This document shows, piece after piece, positions 7,038 through 15,702 of a stretch of 64,000 bases of DNA. The translations under genes were made by a program, and so were the position numbers. The first letter of the stretch is position 1. Every line of letters begins with the position of its first letter. Location of the stretch: assembly GCA_045639585.1 (NCBI GenBank), contig JAZUDJ010000034.1:1303-65302 (forward strand), in the 5' to 3' direction. This DNA comes from Bacteroidales bacterium. Its GTDB lineage: Bacteria > Bacteroidota > Bacteroidia > Bacteroidales > UBA3663. The notes under the pieces are model-generated. The model worked only from the letters and a program-made list of their open reading frames with translations, made no database searches and was not told where the DNA came from.

Positions 7038-9075
7038 ACTTCAATACGTATACCGCGAATGACTTAGCACCGAGCTTAACGCTGAGAGTCTGGCCATCGA
7101 TAGTGAGAGCGCTCTCCTTTGGAGTGATCTTCTCAGGCTCGTCGAGAGTATTCTCTGCATCCATCTCAGGATAGGTGAGGAGAATCTGCTTTGCTGACTG
7201 GAAAGTCTGACCCTTCTTCATGCCCTGGAACTGGAGGTTGAGATCCTGAGCCTCGTCGCCTACGTTAGCTACCTTGACGATGTATGAGTCGGTCTCCTTG
7301 TCATATACTGCACTTGCGAAGAGACCATTCTGATCTGCATCGCCAGCGACTGACTTCTTGTTCATGGTCAGCGAGAGGACGTTGGTGCCCTTGTAGTGGC
7401 AGTAGAGCTGCTGAACGTAGTATGAAACTGACTTGAATGAGCGGAGGTTGTCGAACCAGATCATGTCAGGACGCCACTGCCAACCCTTGACGTGAGCGAA
7501 GAGAGGAGCGTAGGTAGCCATGTGTACGATGTCTGCATTGCGCTCAATACCAGTCATGTGTGCAGCCTCAAGGAGAGAGGTGTAGAAGTGATTCCACTTC
7601 TTGCCGTCGCCGTGGCATGCATACTCGCCTGCGAATACCTTTGGACCCTTGCGATCGTAGTTGTCATAACGATGACCGTGGCTGAGGAACCACTGCTCGT
7701 TGCGATAGTAGTGCTCGTCATAGAGATCGACCTTGAGCTCCTTCATCTTAGGCTGGGGGAGATCGAAGTCCCAACCCTCTGAGTTAGGGCCAGTGGTGCC
7801 GATGAGCTTGAGGTCAGGATAAGCTTTGCGGAGAGCCTCATTGAACTTCTTGAGACGATCGGTGAAAGCGTTGTTAGGACCTCCGTGAGCCTCATCATAG
7901 TCCCACTGCTCGTTGCCGACGCCGAGGTACTTGAGGTTGAATGGCTCTGGATGACCCATTTCTGCACGAACCTTGCCCCACTTGCTGTCTACAGGACCAT
8001 TGGCAAATTCTACGAGGTCGAGAGCGTCCTGGATGTATGAGTCGAGGTCGTCGATAGCAACGTGAGCGGTCTTCTCATTCCAGATTTCGTTTTGGAACTG
8101 GCAAGCCAAACCACAAGAGATAACTGGGAGCGCCTCGCAACCGAAGTCCTCACAGAGCTGGAAGTACTCGAAGAAGCCGAGGCCATAGGTCTGATGGTAC
8201 TCAGGATAGAGACGGTATGGGAAGGTGTTCTCCCAACGGTTCTCGTTGAGTGGACGGTTCTCTACAGGACCTACAGAGTTCTTCCACTGATAGCGCTGCT
8301 CGAGGTTGGTACCCTCGACGATACAACCGCCAGGGAATCGGAAGACACCAGGATGGAGGTCGCAGAGAGCCTGAGCGAGGTCTTTGCGCATGCCGTTCTC
8401 ACGACCCTTCCAAGTGTCGGTAGGGAAGAGGCTGACGTGCTCGATGTCGATGCTATTCATAGGAGCCCAGAAGTCTCGGCCTTCCTCAGGACGGAGGAAG
8501 AGACGGAGGTGCGAATCCTCAATAGTGATAGGTGACTTGATGGTGAGGGTGTACTTCTTCCACTCTTTGCCAGAGACAACGATCTCAGCGTTAGTGAATT
8601 CCTGATTCTCGCCCATGGTGTCATTGTCGACGAGCTGAACCTGCAGTACGCCACTGCCGCCTTCTGGAACGCGTGCCCAGAGGGAGAAACGATAGGTAGC
8701 GTCTTTCTTGACCGATACGCCGAAGAAGCCTTCGTTCTCGATGCCAGTGCGCTTGTGTGGGTGACCTGGGTCAGAGAGGCGTACGTAGTGTGGGTTCTTG
8801 TCGAATGGGCCATCGTCGAGCACCTGGAACTTGCCGAAGGCTGTCCAGCCCATGAGGTTCTGTGGGAATTCGAACGAGCGGTTCTTGATCATCTCGGCAT
8901 AGAGGCCGCCATCAGCTGCGAAGTTGATGTCCTCGAAGAAGATGCCATACATGGTAGACTGGATAGGTGCGCCCAGTTTCTTGGTCTGGATCACCATGTC
9001 GTTGGTGGCAGCGTGTGTGTTCATTGCTGCTGCACCTAAGGCGAAGGTGGCCAGGAGTGTTTTGTAGGTGTTCAT
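7036..9075 (-). CDS. GH51 alpha-L-arabinofuranosidase (secreted)
   Basis: Signal peptide; YGIFFEDINFAADGGLYAEMIKNRSFEF; RFPGGCIVEG; LGVGNEQWD (GNE acid/base motif). Confidence 0.88.
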   Translation of the reverse strand: MNTYKTLLATFALGAAAMNTHAATNDMVIQTKKLGAPIQSTMYGIFFEDINFAADGGLYAEMIKNRSFEFPQNLMGWTAFGKFQVLDDGPFDKNPHYVRLSDPGHPHKRTGIENEGFFGVSVKKDATYRFSLWARVPEGGSGVLQVQLVDNDTMGENQEFTNAEIVVSGKEWKKYTLTIKSPITIEDSHLRLFLRPEEGRDFWAPMNSIDIEHVSLFPTDTWKGRENGMRKDLAQALCDLHPGVFRFPGGCIVEGTNLEQRYQWKNSVGPVENRPLNENRWENTFPYRLYPEYHQTYGLGFFEYFQLCEDFGCEALPVISCGLACQFQNEIWNEKTAHVAIDDLDSYIQDALDLVEFANGPVDSKWGKVRAEMGHPEPFNLKYLGVGNEQWDYDEAHGGPNNAFTDRLKKFNEALRKAYPDLKLIGTTGPNSEGWDFDLPQPKMKELKVDLYDEHYYRNEQWFLSHGHRYDNYDRKGPKVFAGEYACHGDGKKWNHFYTSLLEAAHMTGIERNADIVHMATYAPLFAHVKGWQWRPDMIWFDNLRSFKSVSYYVQQLYCHYKGTNVLSLTMNKKSVAGDADQNGLFASAVYDKETDSYIVKVANVGDEAQDLNLQFQGMKKGQTFQSAKQILLTYPEMDAENTLDEPEKITPKESALTIDGQTLSVKLGAKSFAVYVLK

Positions 9076-9142
9076 AAATATATAATTTAAAATGTATAAT
9101 TAAAAATGTAAAATGAAAAATTAAATGTGTCTGTGTGTGGTG

Positions 9143-9150
9143 CAAAGATA
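9143..9150 (-). promoter_or_regulatory. -7 box TATCTTTG (minus strand) upstream of GH51
   Basis: Plus strand reads GGTGCAAAGATA, ~70 nt upstream of the ATG at 9075. Confidence 0.55.
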
Positions 9151-9215
9151 GTCATTATTTTGATTTCTCCGAAAAAATTGGCGAAAAATAATGATTATTT
9201 GCCGTATTTCATGAC

Positions 9216-11336
9216 TTATTTGACGATATACTTGAAGACTGCACCATTCTTTCGTGCAGGATCGGCACCCTTATAATCCATTGAGTAAGGGCTTCCTGTG
9301 GTTGGGCTCTTGCCGATGTAGGTGTGGGTGCGAGTGCTCATGAGCATGAATTCCTGATCGAGATAATCCTGCCACATGAACTCCTCGGCCAGATTGATGT
9401 CCTGGGTGAGACGCACGTCGCCTGGGAGACCCATGCCGCTGACGAAAACGTATCGTCCATCTTCGCACTGGAGGAGAACTTTGCCATTGCCTCGGTCGAT
9501 GAGGTGGAAGAGGTCGTGCTGCTCGCTGGCATCCAGCTGAACTGCATCGGCAGGAGCTTCGCGGATAGGTTCGGTATCGTGCAGCAAGCCGTGAGGCATA
9601 GCATACATTGGACGATCGGTGGCAAGGTTGATGATCTGGAAGGTCTTGCCGTAAGGAATATTCTTCGAGCGGTCGGCATCGAGTTCCTCACAGGTGAAGT
9701 TGTCAAACTCTGCCATACCACCGTTCTTGCCGTCCTTGTTGAAGGCGAAGAGCGAGACGCGAACGCCCTGGAAGGTGACGAGCTGATAAGAGAGCTTCAT
9801 CTCTGGACCGATCTGCTTGAACTCCTTGCCATCGAGCGAATAGGTGTAGTGAGCTACGTTACGGTCATAGTCGCCTACGAGCTGTAGCCAGATGCGACCA
9901 TCTTTAGGAAGGGTGATCTGGGTATCGATGGTGTCGTTGTTAAGCTGCTCGAAGCAGCGAAGGGTCAGCAGATTGCCTTCCTTGACGATACCTGCCCATG
10001 AGCAAGGGACGTTGATATTGCCGAGACCAGCTACGTCTCCGCTCTTCATCTTGGCAGTGTAGAGTTCTACGGTGCAGATGCTACGAGGGCCTACAGCGCG
10101 CTGTGTGAGCGTGTTACGAGCCCACATGAGCTGATCTGCTGGCATAGTGTTGAGCTGGATGCGGCCACCTTTGAGTCGCCACATCTTGTCGTCAGGATTG
10201 TGGTTCCACTGCCATACGCGACCGAGCTGCTTGCCGTTGAAGTCCTCATCGGGCTCATAAGCTGCATGTGGCTTGATGTCTGCGGTGCCATCGATATCTG
10301 GCTTGGTCCAGGTGCGAGGAGCACGTCCGAGGTTGCCTGCAAGTCCGATCATTGGCCAACCTTCTTTCCAAGTCATTGGAGCGAGGGTGACGGTGCGACC
10401 TACAGAATGGAAATCCTGCATCAGTAGTGCATACCATTCGCCTTTCTGGGTCTGTACGATACCTCCCTGGTGGATGTTGGTTGCAGCGGTGGCGTTGACG
10501 TCCTCAAAGCCGATGGCGAATTTTGAGCCATCAGGAACGATGCGACCGTCCCACTCGGTGAGTCCTACAGGATGGTAGCCGAAGGTCTCATCTGCCGTGA
10601 TGACACAGGTCTCGTAAGGCCCCCAGATGCTCTTGGAACGAGAGCAGAGGGTACGGCCATTCGGACGATAGTCGGTCGAGATGAGGTAGTACATGCCATT
10701 GATCTTGTACATGTGATGACCTTCGCCGACTGCTGAACCATTAGGAATGATCACGCGGTCAGTCTCTTCGATAGGTCCGCTCATATCTGGCTTGAGCCCA
10801 GTGCAATGCACCTCTCCGTAGCCGTGGATGGCGTAGACCTTGCCATCGACGTCAAAGAGGACACTGAGGTCATAAATGCGGCCTTCCATATTGTGGTGAG
10901 TCCAAGGTCCGTGGATGTCTTTGGCTGTGTAGCACTGGAGGCCCTTGCCATTGACATTAGAATAGATGTAGAACTGATCGTTGGCATAGCGGATACATGG
11001 TGCCCAGATGCCTTGACCATAGATTTCCTGACCGTTCTTGAGCGAGAAGGCGTCATCCTGGAAGTCGAAGCGATCGAAGCAATAAGAGATATTCTCCCAG
11101 TTGACGAGGTCGCGAGAATGGAGAATGACGAGGCCAGGGACCGTGTGCATAGTGGTGCCAGCGAGATAATAGTCGTCACCGACGCGGAGGATATCCGGAT
11201 CGGAGAACTCATCATAAAGCAGCGGATTGGTAAATGTGCCGTTGCCATTGTCTGCCGTCCAGCGTGTGGTCTGTGCCATAGTGTGGCAGCAGGCGGTGAG
11301 AGCCAAGGCAGAGAGGAGGAGTTTGGTTGTTGTCAT
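9216..11336 (-). CDS. GH43 beta-xylosidase/alpha-L-arabinofuranosidase-type hydrolase with C-terminal accessory domains
   Basis: Signal peptide; NPLLYDEFSDPDILRVGDDYYLAGTTMHTVPGLVILHSRDLVNW (GH43 five-bladed propeller N-terminus). It also has a beta-sandwich and an extra ~150-aa C-terminal module. Confidence 0.88.
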   Translation of the reverse strand: MTTTKLLLSALALTACCHTMAQTTRWTADNGNGTFTNPLLYDEFSDPDILRVGDDYYLAGTTMHTVPGLVILHSRDLVNWENISYCFDRFDFQDDAFSLKNGQEIYGQGIWAPCIRYANDQFYIYSNVNGKGLQCYTAKDIHGPWTHHNMEGRIYDLSVLFDVDGKVYAIHGYGEVHCTGLKPDMSGPIEETDRVIIPNGSAVGEGHHMYKINGMYYLISTDYRPNGRTLCSRSKSIWGPYETCVITADETFGYHPVGLTEWDGRIVPDGSKFAIGFEDVNATAATNIHQGGIVQTQKGEWYALLMQDFHSVGRTVTLAPMTWKEGWPMIGLAGNLGRAPRTWTKPDIDGTADIKPHAAYEPDEDFNGKQLGRVWQWNHNPDDKMWRLKGGRIQLNTMPADQLMWARNTLTQRAVGPRSICTVELYTAKMKSGDVAGLGNINVPCSWAGIVKEGNLLTLRCFEQLNNDTIDTQITLPKDGRIWLQLVGDYDRNVAHYTYSLDGKEFKQIGPEMKLSYQLVTFQGVRVSLFAFNKDGKNGGMAEFDNFTCEELDADRSKNIPYGKTFQIINLATDRPMYAMPHGLLHDTEPIREAPADAVQLDASEQHDLFHLIDRGNGKVLLQCEDGRYVFVSGMGLPGDVRLTQDINLAEEFMWQDYLDQEFMLMSTRTHTYIGKSPTTGSPYSMDYKGADPARKNGAVFKYIVK

Positions 11337-11382
11337 GTGTGTATGTGAATATATTTATGAAATACTAATTTCGGATTACTAT

Positions 11383-14300
11383 TTATTTTTTCTGGTATTC
11401 CGATGGAGTCACACCGAAGACTTCCTTAAACGAGGTGCGGAAATACGCCAGATTGCTGAATCCGCAGCGATATGCGGCCTCTGAGACGTTGCAGCGCTCA
11501 TTACGAAGCAGTTCGGCGCTATGCAGGACGCGTGTCTTACGGATGAATTCTGCACCAGATAAGCCTGTGAGCGCCTTGATCTTTCGGTAGAGCGTCGAGT
11601 GACTGATATGCATTGACTGAGCCACATCTTCCATACGGATATTGTCTGCCTCGATGTGCTCGATAATGAAGGCCTTGACATCGCGTAAGAAATTCTGATC
11701 GTAGGTGCTGAGCACAGGTATAGGCTCGTCTTCTGTCTCCGGAGTCGTTGCCTCTGTATGAATAGGAGAGGTCTGCAGCGGATGAAGCCCCTGTGCATTG
11801 ATCCATGCCACCATATGAGCACGAGCGCTGAGAATGTTCTGCAGTCGCGCACGTAGCATCATGATACTGAATGGCTTGGTGAGATAGATGTCGGCTCCAT
11901 CAGTAAAGCCTTTCATCTGGTCTTCTGGAGTATCCTTGGCCGTAAGCATGATGACAGGGATGTGGCTGGTGCGGATGTCGTTCTTGAGCGTGCGACACAG
12001 GATATTACCATTCATCACAGGCATCATGAGGTCGGTGATAATGACGTCAGGCATGTGGACGAGTGCCAGATCAAGGCCTTCCTGACCATTATGAGCTCGC
12101 AGGATACGATAGTCTCCGCTGAGCGACTCAGACATGAAATGAAGGATCTGATGGTCATCCTCCACGAGGAGCAGCAGCGGCCGTGTGTCGCCTTCGGTCA
12201 GTATTTCTTCTGCATGTGTCTCTGCTTCGTCCTGCGAACCGTATTGGCTCTGTGTGTGGAGTGCATCCGGATAGGTCTGGCTGCCATCGAGCACGAAGGT
12301 GAACGTTGTACCTGAGCCTTCCTGACTCTTGACCTTGATCTCTGCCTTATGCAGTTCGGTCAGCGAGCGGACGATAGAAAGGCCGATGCCTGTGCCAGAG
12401 GCCTGATGAGGTCCGCTGACCTGATAATAGCGGTCGAAGATATGCGGCAAGGCTGAGGCTGGGATGCCGTAACCTGTGTCGGTGACAGAGATCTCTGTAT
12501 ACATCTTCTCGCCGAACATATACTGTCGCTGCAGGAGCTGGATGCTTCCCTTTGGCGTATATTTCATCGCATTTGACATCAGATTGGTCACGATGCTACG
12601 GATCACGTCGGCATCGAACAGAATCTGCTGCTGAGGCTGGCTGACATTGACCAGAATCTTCAGGTTTGGATTGGTATTGAGTTCGATGAACGACTGTCCG
12701 ATCTCTTGAACGAGCTGTCCGAGATCGCCCAAGCTGACCTTGAGATGCTGTGCATGTGTCTCTGACTTGCGGAACTCCAATAGCTTGTTACATAGGTCGG
12801 TAAGACGGCAGGAACTGTCATAGACAAGACGTATACGCTTCTCGTCGGCAGGGGAGAGGCTGTTGTTTTGCAGGAGTTCCTCGAGCGGAGCCTGAATCAG
12901 CGTGAGTGGCGTTTTGAGCTCGTGGGTGATGTTGGTAAAGAACTGTAGTCGTTCTGCACTATTCTCATGCTCAACGAGGTTCTTGCGCTTCTCCAACTCG
13001 AGCTCTGAGGTCAGTCGGATGCGATGCAGATAGTGGAGGATGTAGATGACAATGATAGCCAATGCCAACAGCACATAGAGGCAACGAGCCCACCATGACC
13101 ACCACCAGTGATTGCGGACATGGATATATATATCAAGGACGTTGTCGTCAGTCCATGGCTGGCCTTTCATCCTTGCGCGTACACGAATCTTATATTTATC
13201 TGGTGTGAGGTCTCGGAAAGTGATGATGTTGCGTGTAACATTGATCCAGTCTCGCTGGTCGCTGCTGGATTTATATTCCAGTTCGATGAATCGGTTTAGT
13301 GCATAATCCTTGGTGCCGAAAAATAGTCGGAAAGAACTTCGTGATGGATCGAGCTGATAGACTCCATCTTCATCGGGCATGACAATATTCTGCGAGCTGA
13401 ATACTCCATCGGAACTAAGCAATTGCAGAGACTGCAGATGGAATGTGGTTGGATTGCTCGAAATATTGAGACTATCTGGATAACAGAGGCATAAGCCACT
13501 CATGGAGTTAAAGACCAAAGCTCCGTCAGAGAGCAGGATTGCACCACCATTCATATTATTGAGAGGCAGATAGTCTGACTGATTGTAGTTGACGAATGTC
13601 TGAGTGGTGTGATCGAGCATCGAGATGCCGTTGATGGTAGAAATCCAGACATTGCCGTTTCTATCTTCTTGAATAGCACGGATAAAGGTGTCGTGCAATC
13701 CTTCGGCATAACCGTACGAAATGTACTCCTCTGGATGATTCGTATCTGGTATGCAGCATGGACCATCTGGCGTTGACATCCAGAGTCTGTCCTGACTGTC
13801 GAACTTGAGATGCTGAATGCAGTTCGTAAAGAATCCTGATTGCTGAGAGAGATTGCTGATCAGCTTCAGATCCTTGTCAAACAGATACATACCATTCTCG
13901 AAGGTCGCTACCCATAGCTTACCTTGTTTGTCGCGTCGGATGCCGTGGAGGGATTGCTGGTTGATGGCTTCGTTGATCGGTTGGCATGGAACGGCATAGC
14001 CATCCTGCAGGCTGTAGATGCCTTCGGAGGTAGTGATCCAGAAGGTTCCATCGTCTTCGCGGTAGAAGGTGATTGCATCAACATTGCGACCGTCGGCTGT
14101 CGTGACGTAAGAAAGGGCGCCTGTAACTTTGTTGTAAGCAAGCATGTGATTTGGTACAGCGAGGTAGAGCAGATCCTTGCCATTGCCATTGATAGATAAT
14201 ACGACTCCGTGAGCAAAGCCTTTGGCTGCCAGATCGATATCTTTGATACATTGGGTGCCCTGGAAGGCCAATATCCTATCTCGTGAACCTACCCAGAAGA

Positions 14301-15357
14301 TATCTCCTTCGGCATAAATTCCCCAGACAGGTTCGCTAAAGAACTTGCGGAAGAAGGGACTGATATGGCTAATGAATTCGATACCATTGCCACTGCTACC
14401 GATCCAGATGTTGCCGTATGGATCCTGATAGAGCGACTGTATTTCGTCAAAGAGTGCAATCTCTCCTGTGGTGTAGAGGCTGGAAACTTCCTCGTTATCC
14501 AAATTGATCTTGTAGTTGGCTGAACGTGTAATAACCCAGAGATGCTGGTTGTCAATCTCCTCGATATGAAAGACTTCCGCTTGGCTTAGCGCTTGGAAGG
14601 GGAGTAGCTGAGAACTGCCAGGAAGATAATACCAGAGACCAGCATTCGTAGCCACCCAGATACGGCCGTGATGATCTTTCAGAATCTCGCTGACGTTGAC
14701 ATTCTCGTATTCTTTTCCTGTCTGGCCGAGGGTGAGAGGAATAAGCTGATGGGTACGTGCATTGAGCACGCTTGCACCATGCATGTGCGAACCTATGACA
14801 AGATTACCATTGCCATCGTCGACTCCACAGCGGAAGTGCTGACTGAGCTGTCCGAGATCGACACGTTCGATGCTGCCAGAATCCATGTTGAGCAGCATGA
14901 TGTCATTGTGGCAGATGAGCCAGAGCTGTCGGTTATCTGCAGGAGTGATGTCGAGGACATTGGTGAGGGTGCTGTCCGACACGTTATATACAGTCACTTC
15001 GCCTGTGTCAGGATGTACTCGGCAGATGCCTTCGCCTTTGGTGCCAGCCCAAAGATAGTTGCCTTGGGCATCATACCAGAGGCAGTTGACCATGTTGGCT
15101 GTGAGTCCGGAATTCGAGACATTGTAGCTAATGCAAACCGACCCATTGTAGGCGTTGAGCCCAGATTCGGTAGCAACCCAGAGACGTCCCTTGTTGTCGA
15201 GCGTCATCTCGCAGATGAAGTTGTTCGACAGACCCTCGTTGATAAGGATATGTTCGGTAATATGGTACTGCGCCAGTGCTGGTAGCGTCGAATAAAACGC
15301 TATCAGAAGGAGCAAAAGCCGATGTCCGAGGTGTTTGAGAAGGGTAGTGAGTTGCAT
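11383..15357 (-). CDS. hybrid two-component system sensor kinase/response regulator with AraC-type HTH (HTCS)
   Basis: Periplasmic beta-propeller repeats (GLWVAT-type), a TM segment, HisKA FFTNITHELKTPL, HATPase DTGYGIP, receiver LLLVEDD..MPVMNG and a C-terminal AraC HTH. The start is set at MQLTTLLKH (15357), which has a signal-like segment and a -7 box 30 nt upstream. Confidence 0.92.
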   Translation of the reverse strand: MQLTTLLKHLGHRLLLLLIAFYSTLPALAQYHITEHILINEGLSNNFICEMTLDNKGRLWVATESGLNAYNGSVCISYNVSNSGLTANMVNCLWYDAQGNYLWAGTKGEGICRVHPDTGEVTVYNVSDSTLTNVLDITPADNRQLWLICHNDIMLLNMDSGSIERVDLGQLSQHFRCGVDDGNGNLVIGSHMHGASVLNARTHQLIPLTLGQTGKEYENVNVSEILKDHHGRIWVATNAGLWYYLPGSSQLLPFQALSQAEVFHIEEIDNQHLWVITRSANYKINLDNEEVSSLYTTGEIALFDEIQSLYQDPYGNIWIGSSGNGIEFISHISPFFRKFFSEPVWGIYAEGDIFWVGSRDRILAFQGTQCIKDIDLAAKGFAHGVVLSINGNGKDLLYLAVPNHMLAYNKVTGALSYVTTADGRNVDAITFYREDDGTFWITTSEGIYSLQDGYAVPCQPINEAINQQSLHGIRRDKQGKLWVATFENGMYLFDKDLKLISNLSQQSGFFTNCIQHLKFDSQDRLWMSTPDGPCCIPDTNHPEEYISYGYAEGLHDTFIRAIQEDRNGNVWISTINGISMLDHTTQTFVNYNQSDYLPLNNMNGGAILLSDGALVFNSMSGLCLCYPDSLNISSNPTTFHLQSLQLLSSDGVFSSQNIVMPDEDGVYQLDPSRSSFRLFFGTKDYALNRFIELEYKSSSDQRDWINVTRNIITFRDLTPDKYKIRVRARMKGQPWTDDNVLDIYIHVRNHWWWSWWARCLYVLLALAIIVIYILHYLHRIRLTSELELEKRKNLVEHENSAERLQFFTNITHELKTPLTLIQAPLEELLQNNSLSPADEKRIRLVYDSSCRLTDLCNKLLEFRKSETHAQHLKVSLGDLGQLVQEIGQSFIELNTNPNLKILVNVSQPQQQILFDADVIRSIVTNLMSNAMKYTPKGSIQLLQRQYMFGEKMYTEISVTDTGYGIPASALPHIFDRYYQVSGPHQASGTGIGLSIVRSLTELHKAEIKVKSQEGSGTTFTFVLDGSQTYPDALHTQSQYGSQDEAETHAEEILTEGDTRPLLLLVEDDHQILHFMSESLSGDYRILRAHNGQEGLDLALVHMPDVIITDLMMPVMNGNILCRTLKNDIRTSHIPVIMLTAKDTPEDQMKGFTDGADIYLTKPFSIMMLRARLQNILSARAHMVAWINAQGLHPLQTSPIHTEATTPETEDEPIPVLSTYDQNFLRDVKAFIIEHIEADNIRMEDVAQSMHISHSTLYRKIKALTGLSGAEFIRKTRVLHSAELLRNERCNVSEAAYRCGFSNLAYFRTSFKEVFGVTPSEYQKK

Positions 15358-15385
15358 CGTGTGGTGTGTTTCTGTTTTGATGGTG

Positions 15386-15393
15386 CAAAGATA
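15386..15393 (-). promoter_or_regulatory. -7 box TATCTTTG (minus) with a -33 TTTG (15412-15415) for the HTCS gene
   Basis: Plus strand reads GGTGCAAAGATA. The spacing to CAAA at 15412-15415 (18 bp between the boxes) is close to the Bacteroides consensus. Confidence 0.6.
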
Positions 15394-15532
15394 GCGATAA
15401 ATGATGAGATGACAAAGGAAAAATGATGTAATTATAGGTGACGAATCGGTCAAATAGCGTTATTTTTCGGTCATGACCGATATGTATACCCTTTTGACGA
15501 CCTGAAAATGAGGTAGGTGTGAATTATTGCCG

Positions 15533-15540
15533 TATCTTTG
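15533..15540 (+). promoter_or_regulatory. -7 box TATCTTTG for the plus-strand PUL operon
   Basis: GCCGTATCTTTGCG, ~160 nt upstream of the ATG at 15703. Confidence 0.55.
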
Positions 15541-15702
15541 CGTCGTAAATTAAACACTCACATGTCTTTTTACTCTTATTATAACACACACACATTGTTT
15601 TTAGTTTTTAGGTAGTTGTGCAAGTACTTTGATGTGAAAGGTTATTCCTAACCAGAAGGATCGGGTACTTGCATTTTATTTGAAAACATCAATAACACAA
15701 AA

